A stretch of DNA of 64,000 nt from Eledone cirrhosa. Its lineage: Eukaryota. Below, piece after piece: positions 1 to 11,606 of the stretch. The number at the start of each line of letters is the position of its first letter. The first letter of the stretch is position 1. The position numbers were made by a program, and so were the translations under genes. Location: NCBI GenBank assembly GCA_964016885.1, contig OZ024764.1:20894001-20958000 (forward strand), given 5' to 3'. The notes under the pieces are model-generated. The model was not told the DNA's origin, searched no databases, and saw only the letters and a program-made list of their open reading frames with translations.

Positions 1-2016
1 CAATCCTGACAGTAAGGTGTTCTGGAAATATGTTCATTCAAAGCAGAGACCTCACTCTCCAGTTGGTCCTCTTCGCAATCCCCACACAAGCCAGATCACT
101 GATGATCCCAAGGAATGCGCAGAACTCATTGCTGAGTGCTATGCAAGTATTTTTACTGTTGAAAACCAGAATGTACCATCTCCACCATCTCTAACATCAA
201 ATTCCATAACAACTATGGAATTTACACCTGCAATGTTGCGACGTCACCTTAAGAATAAGCGCAACTATGCCTCCCCTGGTCTTGATGGTGTGACATACCT
301 GCTTCTCAAACGTGGCGGGGATTTCCTTTTGCGCCAGCTTTCTTCTTTCTTTCAATACTGTCTCAGCAATGGTGCTACTCCGGAGCAGTGGAAAACTGCC
401 AGTGTCATTCCCCTGTTCAAAAAGGGCAACCGCATGTCACCTGTCAACTATCGTCCAGTCAGTCTTACTAGCTGTATGGCCAAACTGATGGAATCCTGTG
501 TCAGAGAAACACTTTGGAACTTCTGGAGCTCTCACAGCCTCATCCGGCCCTCACAGTTTGGATTTATCCCTAACTCCAGCTGCTGTGATCAGCTTATCGA
601 GTTCCTTGAGGACATCACCCGGATCACTGACAGCGGCTCATGGGTGGATGTTGTTTACCTTGACTTTGCTAAGGCTTTTAATTCTGTGCCACACAAAAGA
701 CTTATGGCAAAACTCTCTGCAATGGGTGTGAGGGATGATCTTTTCGACTGGCTGAAATCCTTCATTCTCAGCCGAAAGGAAGTAGTCACGGTTCTAGGAC
801 AGCATTCTTCACCATATGAGATGTCATCTGGTGTACCACAGGGATCTGTTCTTGGTCCTCTTTTGTTTGTGGCATATATTAATGACATAGATGCCAACTT
901 ACAGAATGCCACGGTACTAAAATATGCAGATGACATCAAGCTGTACCTTGAAATCAAAAGGACTGATCCTGAAATTTACAACTCTTTCCTACAATCAGAC
1001 CTGGACACAATGCAGCAATGGATCACAGACTGGCAACTGAAGCTGGCTGTGGACAAGTGTACCACCATGCATTTTGGAAGGAAAAATCCAGCGTCCACAT
1101 ACTCCCTCCACAACACTGACATCAAAAAGTCCTCTTGTGAACGTGACCTGGGCATTACTGTCAGCAACGATTTGCGTTGGACAAAGCATGTCTCTAAGAT
1201 TGTCAAGAAGGCCGAGGATGTCTTGGCATCGCTCAGCAAGACCTTTGTTAGCCGCTCTCCAGCCATCTATTTAAAACTGTATACAGCTATGGTGCGACCA
1301 CACTTGGAATTCGCATCATCAGTCTGGAACCCCTATCTTGCTCGGAACATTGACCTCCTGGAAACTGTTCAGAGACGTGCAACCAAGCGCATACCCTCCA
1401 TCAGACACCTACCATACTCTGAACGCCTTGCTTCCCTGGGCATGGATTCATTGAAGCTCCGACGTCTGGCAATGGACTTGGTGAATACCCACAAAGTTTT
1501 TAACCATCTCGCCAACTGCAACCCTGAGCGCCTCTTTGATCTCCATGTGTCTAACACACGTGGACATGCCTACAAGATAAGAAAACAGCACAGCTCCCAT
1601 GACTTTCGCAGACATTTTTTCACGCTCAGAGTTGCTGAAGCATGGAACAAACTACCTGCGTCAATTGTTAGCTGCCGAGACACTGCATCCTTTAAGACAC
1701 TCATGCTTCCCGAAATACGCCAAAACTACACCTGATGTGCCCCTTCCATACACATGCACACATGTGTGCACTGTTCATTTTACTGATGTTTGTGCATTGC
1801 CCTATGTACTGTACATGCACTTTTTTGATGGGTTGTGGTGCACCTGGGCACTGTGCACAATATTTCATTATTGTTATTGTTATTATATCATGACTCATAC
1901 ACTGTTTATTTTCCTGACATTTGTACATTATTCTATGTACTATACATGCACCTTTGATGAGTTGTAGTGCACCTGAGCACTGTACACAATAATTTCATTA
2001 TTATTATTATTATTAT
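1..2016 (+). mobile_element. CR1-clade LINE, 3' half (continues upstream of the window)
   Basis: Open RT frame to 1735, a ~260-bp 3' UTR and an (ATT)n tail at 1997-2016. It is nearly identical to the reverse complement of 57292-59313. Confidence 0.93.
2..1735 (+). CDS. LINE ORF2 reverse transcriptase (5'-partial)
   Basis: Motifs NYRPVSLTS, YLDFAKAFNSV, GVPQGSVLGP and YADD, plus the CR1-type C-terminus TRGH..K...R..FF..RV...WN.LP. Confidence 0.92.
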   Translation, partial: NPDSKVFWKYVHSKQRPHSPVGPLRNPHTSQITDDPKECAELIAECYASIFTVENQNVPSPPSLTSNSITTMEFTPAMLRRHLKNKRNYASPGLDGVTYLLLKRGGDFLLRQLSSFFQYCLSNGATPEQWKTASVIPLFKKGNRMSPVNYRPVSLTSCMAKLMESCVRETLWNFWSSHSLIRPSQFGFIPNSSCCDQLIEFLEDITRITDSGSWVDVVYLDFAKAFNSVPHKRLMAKLSAMGVRDDLFDWLKSFILSRKEVVTVLGQHSSPYEMSSGVPQGSVLGPLLFVAYINDIDANLQNATVLKYADDIKLYLEIKRTDPEIYNSFLQSDLDTMQQWITDWQLKLAVDKCTTMHFGRKNPASTYSLHNTDIKKSSCERDLGITVSNDLRWTKHVSKIVKKAEDVLASLSKTFVSRSPAIYLKLYTAMVRPHLEFASSVWNPYLARNIDLLETVQRRATKRIPSIRHLPYSERLASLGMDSLKLRRLAMDLVNTHKVFNHLANCNPERLFDLHVSNTRGHAYKIRKQHSSHDFRRHFFTLRVAEAWNKLPASIVSCRDTASFKTLMLPEIRQNYT

Positions 2017-2039
2017 AATTTAATTCGGTAAAAATATTT

Positions 2040-2172
2040 TTACGTCACAACAAAACATTGAAGCATGCGCAGTGGTGCAGTTGTCGACTTCCTGTCCACG
2101 TGTTAGTCTTCCTACAACAACATTTAGAAAACATTTCTGTAAATACTAAACACCTGAGACTATAATGTAAGT
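2040..2172 (+). promoter_or_regulatory. Putative promoter and non-coding exon 1 of ZNF gene 1
   Basis: TTACGTCA (CRE/ATF-like, 2040), GCATGCGCA (NRF1-like, 2063), ACTTCCTG (ETS, 2087) and CACGTG (E-box, 2097), followed by the donor AAT|GTAAGT at 2167. All are conserved in the four units. Confidence 0.65.
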
Positions 2173-3362
2173 ATTATGTCTATTAATATTGTAGATTTAA
2201 GCTCACTTTTCACATCACAAATATATATTTTCTTGTTTGTTTCATTACTGGAAATATAAAATGTTATCGTAATTATCTATATTTTACCTACCTCTAATTA
2301 ATTAAAGTGAAAACTTTTGTTGTTGCTGAAAAATAAATTAACAAAGCTAAATATTTAAATATTCTAAAGGTCGTTTTTATATTATGTGATGATATAATTA
2401 ATATATTTTATTACAATTGTATAAATTTACAGTAGAATAACGTTGTAAATATGTTTTAAATATATACATAAATAACATAAGTGTGTAAATAACATTATAA
2501 ATTGCTGGCAATTCCTTGAGAAAGACATTACAAATATATTGTCTAAACTGTGTATAATAATATAATTTATTGAACAATAATGATAAAGGAAAGAAAAACA
2601 CAGTGGGAGATGGCAATTGACCACCAAACGAGGTAAACATTTTCAACTTTCCCCTTTTTTTGCTTTGTCCGAGACAACTCAAAATATTCTTCAAGGAACT
2701 GGATTTTCCATTCGGTTGGATCGAACGGATTTTACCATTTATAATCTACGGAGAGGAATAACAGATGTTCGGAGGAAAAAAGAATTGTTTGTGGCAACAA
2801 CGTAGGGAACCAACCTGGAGCAATTGTATCACACAATTATACTTTCCTCCTTAACATACACTTACAATTTTTCAAAATCAAACCCCCCAAATATAAAATA
2901 TAAATAATTATAAATGGCGAGGAACCATCCCATCTCCCTCTTGAAATAACCTGAATCTATTTATAGTCAGGTGTGACTGAAAGGTCAATCCATACTTCCA
3001 TTCTATTTCACAGAATTAGAAGCTTTGACCACTTGATAGAATTCAGGTCCAGTAATGTAATCACTCCGTAATTGTAAACATCTTGTATCACTATCATTCA
3101 GGTTTTGATTTTACTCAAGTCTTGCCCATGTTTTTTTTTTTCTTTTTTTTTTGCACAAACTCACAATTTCGGTTTTTACTGCGGATTTACCCATGCGAAC
3201 TATTACACAAACTCACAGCCTTAGATTTTGTATTTCTAGCGTTTTTATTTTCCTTCTCTTTGCATGTTCAGTGCTCTTTCTCTCCCACTGTATTTATCTG
3301 CCTCTCACATGACCACACTCCTCTCCACGTACTCATCATCTTCTCACTCCTTCTACACCTTC

Positions 3363-5113
3363 CAACGCTGGCCCTCTACTGCCGGCTGTTGCCAGCCCGC
3401 CACCTGATTGCGCCCTCTGTTCCCGCACTAACCAGTACTTAACGACAATTTAATGTCACCTATGCCACGCAAGCCAAAGCTCAAGCCGAAAGGCTTCAAC
3501 ACTGGACCTGTCATCGGTGCCACTTCAGCTCTGACTATTCCGTGGGGATGACCAACACTCTACCGACGACTTTGCCACAGCCCCCCGGGGCTTCTCCAAA
3601 TCAAAGCTCCTTATGAGCCCCGATCACAGACCTGTCCTTCGAGTCAACCATCCAATCGAAGATGGTTGGCCTTGAGCAGCTGCTGAGGAATATTGAAGAT
3701 ATCGAACCCCATCAAAGTTTCTTCTTACTCAGGAACTACCTGTCTATTCCTAAGCTTCTGTATCTATTCAGGGTCAGCCCCTCTCACAGATTTCCATCCT
3801 GCCTCCAACGCTTCGACGACCTAATCTTCGAGAGACTCGAGTGTCTGGTCAATGTTAGTAAGTGTTCGTCCCTCTCTCTCCCCTGCTTCCTTTCCTCCAC
3901 CCAAGCTTGCAGCATCCTCTCCTCTCCAACATGGACTAGTTCCAACAGGGAGTTGTGTGAAGCTCTCCAGCAATGGAGTGAGTTGGGCTTGTCTCTTCCT
4001 GAGAAGGTGGAGGACAGTCGAAGTCAGAGAACTTGGGACAGGATACGTTGGAATGCCACCTTCGACTCCCTCTTCGTCCTCTCAGATCAGTTTACAAGGT
4101 GCCGCTTACCATCTGCCAGCGCCAAATACTCCGGTGACTGGGTCGATGCCTTACCCGTGGCCAACGTTGGAGGCCTACTCAGCCTGGATGAACTTCGTGT
4201 CTCCATCACCCTCAGAGTGGGAGCTGACGTCTGCATGGGTTTGAGATGTGGCTAACTCCTCGACTCCACAGGCCTCCACGGTCTTTCTTGCTGCCTGAAT
4301 GCCGGCCACTTTGCCCGTCACACGGAGCTAAACTTTATTCTGAAGAGAGCTTTGGCCCGGGCAAACATCCCCTCAGTCTTGGAACCATCTGGGTTGTCCA
4401 GAAGTGACGGCAAAAGACCTAACGGCCTTACCCTGTGCCCCTGGTCGAGAGGCAGGTGCTTAATCTGGGACGTCACTGTTAGTGACTCCTTTGCTCTTTC
4501 CCACATCCTTGATGCTGCGGTAAGGACGAGAGCCACAGCTTCGGCAGCCGAGCGGAGTAAGACCCTCAAATACTCTGATCTGTCGACCAGCTACATTTTT
4601 CAGCCTGTGGCTTTCAAGACGTTTGGGGGAGTCGGGCCGCTGACTGCGAGGTTCCTTTCCTCACTGGCGGCTCGCCTTATAGAGGTAACTGGCGAAATCG
4701 CGAGGGCGCTTGGCTGTTCCAGCACCTCAGCCTCGCCATCACCCGATGTAACACTGCCAGTGTGCTGGCTTGCCTCAAAACTCATTAGAGAGGTTTCCCA
4801 GTACCCCTCGTTGCTGTCTTTTGCTCTGGTGTTGGCTCCGTTGTCCACCCCTTCCTTTACATTTTCTTTAATATTGCAACATTGAAGGAATTTACCTTTC
4901 ATTGTATCATCCTTTATAGTGTTACCGAGGCATTTGTAATGTTATTTATATACTTAAAACATATTTCTTATGTTATTCTACTGTAAATTTATTTATATGC
5001 TCTGTTTATGTTTTCATTCTGAAGGAACTTATCCACTTGTGTTGATATAAGTGATTCTATGACTTTCCTCTAAGCATTGTGTCATTATATATGTTATTAT
5101 AAACGTGAATAAA
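3363..5113 (+). mobile_element. Decayed CRE-like (restriction-like endonuclease) non-LTR retrotransposon, RT core deleted
   Basis: Fragments IPKLLY, CG*LLDSTGLHGLSC, RHTELN and RSDGKRPNGLTLCPWSRGRCLIWDVTV. A deletion junction lies at about 3609. Confidence 0.8.
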
Positions 5114-5211
5114 TTGAATTTATAGTGTGATAATAGGCCACACCTCACACCCTAGGGGTTAACTACACACTTTGAGGCAAGCCAACACACTGGCAGCATT
5201 ACAACGTGTGA

Positions 5212-5374
5212 TGGTGAGGCTAAGGTGCTGAAATAACCAGGTACCCTCACGGGTATCACCTGACGCCTCTGTAAGGTGAGGCTAAGGTGCTGAGATAACC
5301 AGGTACTCTTACTGATATCACCTGACACCTCAGTAAGGTGAGGCTACGGTGCTGAAATAACCAGGTACCCTCAC
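5212..5374 (+). repeat. ~62-bp tandem repeat (about 2.6 copies)
   Basis: ggtgaggctaaggtgctgaaataaccaggtaccctcacggg repeated. Units 2 and 4 carry about 1.6 copies. Confidence 0.8.
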
Positions 5375-5734
5375 GGAAACGACTAGATTTGTAGAAAAAG
5401 TAGGGTGAAAGTATACAAAGAGATGTAGTTTCACAGATCTACTCACACCTCACGTTGGGTGGGAATAATTATTTTTCTTAGAATTCTTGCTATACCCCTT
5501 TTCCAGTATTTTTTCTCTGGACCCCTTAGATACTTGCGATAGACGTTTTATTTCCCAGTATTAGGATTAGGGTTTCCGTTTTCAGTAAGAATAGTCGATT
5601 ACAAACATCTAAGAGGTCTAGAAATAAAATTAAGGAAAGATAATTATTTCCCAGCCAACTGGAGAAGTGTGTAGCTCTTCTAAACTCCGATAATCCTGTC
5701 TCCCACTTCTTTATCTAGAAATCTAGTCGTTTCC
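5375..5734. mobile_element. Foldback/MITE-like element with long imperfect inverted arms
   Basis: GGAAACGACTAGATTT at the left end and AAATCTAGTCGTTTCC at the right end. Inverted similarity continues for about 130 bp per arm. Confidence 0.75.
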
Positions 5735-5859
5735 TGCTACTTTGTTCCCTGGGGTATGCCTTAGTATTTGACACCATCTATCTGTCTTACTCCCTAACTA
5801 GCAAGAAGTCAATCTGTCTCATGTGCTCACCTGATTGGTAGGTTATTAGGTGGTTGGTA

Positions 5860-6373
5860 GGTTTCTTGAAGTGTTGCAAATGGTTAGTTCACTTACATCA
5901 CAAAATACAAGAAGCCTCACTCCTCCTTCATTTCTTGAGCCATAACCATGACCACCATGTACCCCAGTGTATCCATCCTGGAGCTGTCCAACATGACCAT
6001 TGAAGTCCCCTGCTATTATAACTAGGTCTCTGTCATTGTGGTTATCTCTACTTATTCATTTTCTACATATGGAGCAGGGCCACTTTCCTGAAGGTGTCAG
6101 GGTCTTCTCTCCTATCCATTAGCACTTTAGTTTTGGCTAAGTATATTCTCAGAACTTACCATTTCAAATTCTATATCTATAGCTGGTCATCTACATAGAG
6201 AAGTTTCCATAGACAGCCAGTCTTAAACCTCTCTGTTATGGCTTGCAGAACTATGATGAACAACAGTGGGCTAAGAACTAAACCATGATGAACTCCTACC
6301 TGTACCTTCAATTCCTCACTAGACACACTTTACTGACAGCTTCTCACAAGCCATTCTTCTACACCTAATTTCT
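5860..6373 (-). mobile_element. RTE-clade LINE relic (RT fragment)
   Basis: The minus strand reads VQVGVHHGLVLSPLLFIIVLQAITERFKTGCLWKLLYVDD, homologous to the RTE at 31750-31880. Copies lie near 23470-23825, 39655-40168 and 56705-57217. Confidence 0.8.
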
Positions 6374-6377
6374 TTAA

Positions 6378-6585
6378 CCCTTTACTATATAAACTGGACA
6401 TATCTGGCCAGAATTGTCTCATATCTTTCTGTTCAAACTGGCTGTAACTGGTCACTTATACTTATGTTAAGGTATTGTTCTCCAAATAAGTAACATCAAA
6501 ATCTCATAGATTTGATATTATGTGAGATAAAGCATTTACTGTGAAAATATAATAGTAAATATAGAGTAATGTGAATACTAAAGGG
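6378..6585. mobile_element. piggyBac-like MITE
   Basis: TTAA|CCCTTTA...TAAAGGG|TTAA, i.e. a TTAA target duplication with CCCTTT termini. Confidence 0.75.
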
Positions 6586-6587
6586 TT

Positions 6588-8210
6588 AATCTAATGTCAC
6601 TAATAACTACTTTTATCTGTCAGTTTAATCTAATGTCACTAATAACTACTTTTATCAGTCAGTTTAATCTAATGTCACTAATAACTACTTTTATCAGTCA
6701 GTTTAATCTAATGTCACTAATAACTACTTTTATCTGTCAGTTTAATCTAATGTCACTAATAACTACTTTTATCAGTCAGTTTAATCTAATGTCACTAATA
6801 ACTACTTTTATCAGTCAGTTTAATCTAATGTCACTAATAACTACTTTTATCTGTCAGTTTAATCTAATGTCACTAATAACTACTTTTATCAGTCAGTTTA
6901 ATCTAATGTCACTAATAACTACTTTTATCAGTCAGTATAATCTAATGTCACTAATAACTACTTTTATCAGTCAGTTTAATCTAATGTCACTAATAACTAC
7001 TTTTATCAGTCAGTTTAATCTAATGTCACTAATAACTACTTTTATCTGTCAGTTTAATCTAATGTCACTAATAACTACTTTTATCAGTCAGTTTAATCTA
7101 ATGTCACTAATAACTACTTTTATCAGTCAGTTTAATCTAATGTCACTAACAACTACTTTTATCAGTCAGTATAATTTAATGTCACTAATAACTACTTTTA
7201 TCAGTCAGTTTAATCTAATGTCACTAATAACTACTTTTATCAGTCAGTATAATCTAATGTCACTAATAACTACTTTTATCAGTCAGTTTAATCTAATGTC
7301 ACTAATAACTACTTTTATCAGTCAGTTTAATCTAAAGTCACTAATAACTACTTTTATCAGTCAGTTTAATCTAATGTCACTAACAACTACTTTTATCAGT
7401 CAGTATAATTTAATGTCACTAATAACTACTTTTATCAGTCAGTTTAATCTAATGTCACTAATAACTACTTTTATCAGTCAGTATAATCTAATGTCACTAA
7501 TAACTACTTTTATCAGTCAGTTTAATCTAATGTCACTAATAACTACTTTTATCAGTCAGTATAATCTAATGTCACTAATAACTACTTTTATCAGTCAGTT
7601 TAATCTAATGTCACTAATAACTACTTTTATCAGTCAGTTTAATCTAATGTCACTAATAACTACTTTTATCAGTCAGTTTAATCTAATGTCACTAATAACT
7701 ACTTTTATCAGTCAGTTTAATCTAATGTCACTAATAACTACTTTTATCAGTCAGTTTAATCTAATGTCACTAATAACTACTTTTATCAGTCAGTATAATC
7801 TAATGTCACTAATAACTACTTTTATCAGTCAGTTTAATCTAATGTCACTAATAACTACTTTTATCAGTCAGTTTAATCTAATGTCACTAATAACTACTTT
7901 TATCAGTCAGTTTAATCTAATGTCACTAATAACTACTTTTATCAGTCAGTTTAATCTAATGTCACTAATAACTACTTTTATCAGTCAGTATAATCTACTG
8001 CCAGTAATAACTACTTTTATCAGTCAGTATAATCTACTACCACTAATAACTACTTTTATCAGTCAGTATAATCTACTACCACTAATAACTACTTTTATCA
8101 GTCAGTATAATCTACTGCCACTAATAACTACTTTTATCAGTCAGTATAATCTACTACCACTAATAACTACTTTTATCAGTCAGTATAATCTACTACCACT
8201 AATAACTAAC
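6588..8210 (+). repeat. 39-bp minisatellite, about 41 copies
   Basis: Unit aatctaatgtcactaataactacttttatcagtcagt(t/a)t. The 541-aa ORF arises because the period is a multiple of 3. Confidence 0.97.
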
Positions 8211-8543
8211 CTATGTTAGTCAGGACATTCTTCACCAAGGAAGGCCTTAGTATTTATTAGTCCATTTATCAATATAGAAATATTATATGAAATTTGTACT
8301 GATGTATTACAAGTTTCTGAGTATCTTATAATGTTCTTTTATTATTTCAGAATACCAGAGGACATTGACATTAAAGAGCACGTTACATCAGACATATCCT
8401 CAACATTAACCATTTCTAATGAAAGACACTACCTATCATTTTCAAATAATTTTGAAAACACTCAACACTTTGAAGTGATTTAGTAATATAACTAAATTTC
8501 TCAGTATTAAGCTGTGAATTATGTGAGAAACTGAGGTGATTGA

Positions 8544-9341
<798 letters not shown>

Positions 9342-9820
9342 CTGTATCAATATCAAACTCATTACATCATACTACAACAACAACAACAATTGTGTAGATC
9401 CATCATCCTTGCTAAAACTGGGGTTAACCTTGTAGGTTTTACCTATGACAGGGATCATAAAACCAGGTTTCCATTTTTGAAGCAGTGTTTGAAGATTTTG
9501 TGTAAATTGAAGTTTTTCACATTAAACTTTCATTTATTATACTTTAACAGGTAAGATATATATTTGTATTTTCAGTAAAGGTTTGGGCATTATGTAATTT
9601 AAACCTGCCAATAAAATGAAAACTTTTGTTGTTGCTAGTCTGACATTGATATTAATTCTATTGTCCTGTACGTTGTCTCACATATCACAGATTAAACAGA
9701 TTTTAACAATAACAACAGAAATCAATAACTTGTAAGCCTAATATCTAGCTTCCATTTTACCTATTTGATATTGTTGTTCCCCTCCTGTCTCTTCAGGTGT
9801 TTTAGATTTCAACTTCTATC

Positions 9821-10234
9821 ATCATCATCATCATCACCGTTTTACGTCCGTTCTTCCACGCTAGCATTGGTTAGACGGTTTGTCGTGTTGTGGGCAGTGT
9901 CTGGTCGGCTGACCATGCCTTGCTCATACAGGAACTGATTTGGCTTGATTTCTAAAGCTGGAAGTCCTTCCTAACACCAACCTCATTTACAGTGAGTGCT
10001 GGGTGCTTTTTTGTGGCGCCTACACGTTCACTTTACAGTGTGGGCTGGGTGCTTTTTTGCCGTGGCACCTCCACAACGACCTTGCACGGGGTGTGTGGGG
10101 AGGGGGGGGGGGGCATATTGTCTATATGCTTTAGCTCGTACCCATGGGAGGTCGGGTACGCTGTATTACTGCGTGACGCCAGAGATCACGGACGTGTGTC
10201 ATTGCCTTTAAGAGGTGTAATTGGGTATGGTCGG
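9821..10234 (-). mobile_element. Short retroposon (SINE-like) with RTE-type 3' end and (GAT)n tail
   Basis: 8-bp target duplication CTTCTATC at 9813-9820 and 10235-10242. Unit 2 has the empty site at about 26936. Confidence 0.8.
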
Positions 10235-10242
10235 CTTCTATC

Positions 10243-10420
10243 TACTGTACTATTCCATCACCAAGGCAACATTCATCTGGCTGACAGCTTACATCAACTA
10301 CAGATCTCATCAGTGGTTCACAACAGGCTGTCTGAAAGAAACTTTCAGATATCTTCTATGTCATAGCTATCAATCTCCTCCTCCTTATCATATGTATCAT
10401 GTAGAACATCTCTGAATTTA
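10243..10420 (-). mobile_element. RTE LINE relic (endonuclease-RT linker)
   Basis: The minus strand gives KYKFRDVLHDTYDKEEEIDSYDIEDI, similar to the RTE at about 30690-30870. Copies lie at 26945-27120 and 43316-43492. Confidence 0.7.
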
Positions 10421-10825
10421 TATTTAACAGGGAGATCTTTTACTGTCCTTACCCCTTTTGCTAGATTGTCTTGTACCTCTCTCACAGTCCCTCTAGATCT
10501 TATATTTAACAGGGAGATCTTTTACTGTCCCTACCCTTTCCTCTAGATTGTCTTATTACACTCTCACAGTCCCTATATATCATATTTAACAGGGAGATTC
10601 TTTACTGTCTCTACCCTTTTCTCTAGGTTGTCTTGTACCTCTCTCACAGTCCCTCTAGATCTTATATTTAACGGAGATATTTTACTATCCCTACCCTTTT
10701 CTCTAGGTTGTCTTGTACCTCTCTCACAGTCCCTCTAGATCTTATATTTAACAGGGAGATATTTTACTCTCCAACCCTTCTATCTCCAGATAGTCTTGTA
10801 TCTGTCAGTCCCTCTAGATCTTACA
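10419..10825 (+). repeat. ~82-bp minisatellite, about 5 copies
   Basis: atatttaacagggagatcttttactgtccctacccttttctctag... repeated. Confidence 0.9.
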
Positions 10826-11113
10826 CCTAGTATCTAGTCTATGTTGAGTGGTATGTCCTTCGCCAGTAAAGGAGTTAATATTCCCAACCATCTGTCTATC
10901 CTGTTTTCTGATGAGAATGAAGTCGATCTAGTTTATCTCTTCACCTGATTGAAGTAACTAGATCAAGTAACTAGATTTTTCCCTGTAAGTTAGTGTTGCA
11001 GTGTTTGTGTCACCACGTAAGGTTTATATCTATTAATATAGAGATGTAGTAAAGTTTTCACTGTTGTATCTCTATTTTCTAAATATCTTAATAATGTTTC
11101 TCTACTATTTCAG

Positions 11114-11552
11114 AATATCACATGACCTTGACAGAAAAGAATCTTTTAAAGACAACAGAAAGATGTTACATACAAGTGATATAAACTTGTTTAGTCTGTG
11201 GTGAATTATGGTGAAATATTTCTTCTGAATTGAGATAAATAACAACATTTTCCTTTTTCACTGTCTGGAATATTTACAAGATGATTTTACATTTTGATTA
11301 AACTTTGGATATTTACAAAGGAGTTTTCAAAATATTTGGATATTGACAAAGATCACATTTGATAAAATTATGAACAATAGAAATATTTACATCAACATAG
11401 GAATATTTTCCAGAAGAGATGGGAAAATCATACACCACTAATATTTGTGGTAAAGTATTCTCTCTTCTTTATATGTAGAATATCTAACTAAACACTTTAA
11501 CTAACAAACTATTGTGCTATAGAATTGACGAACTTGAACAATGCTTAATAAA
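11114..11552 (+). pseudogene. Relic ZNF exon (degenerate paralog of the coding exon)
   Basis: The acceptor context is homologous to 8315-8370. A frameshifted half-finger lies at about 11419-11465 and AATAAA at 11547. Confidence 0.65.
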
Positions 11553-11606
11553 TGTTACAGATTTCTCCAAACTGTCGTTTACTAACTTTAATTTGAAGCT
11601 ATATTA

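Noticed and set aside
3662-4885. 197-aa and 177-aa ORFs, repeated in several units, as domesticated genes
   Set aside because: They are fragments of a frameshifted CRE-like element. Their conservation reflects recent duplication, and copies in units 3 and 4 are disrupted.
6588-8210. CRISPR-like array
   Set aside because: The units are head-to-tail with no unique spacers, there are no cas genes, and the context is eukaryotic. The same applies to the 47-, 73- and 82-bp repeats.
6594-8219. 541-aa ORF of MSLITTFISQFNL repeats (also 24045-24620 and 40387-40686)
   Set aside because: It is a by-product of a stop-free 39-bp repeat. It lies in the inferred intron, its length varies about five-fold between units, and unit 2 has an internal stop.
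10160-10234. 5S rRNA-like head (cgaccatacc...cgtccgtgatctc) on the minus strand
   Set aside because: There are only two short matches with the wrong spacing and no C box. This is not enough to call without a covariance search.
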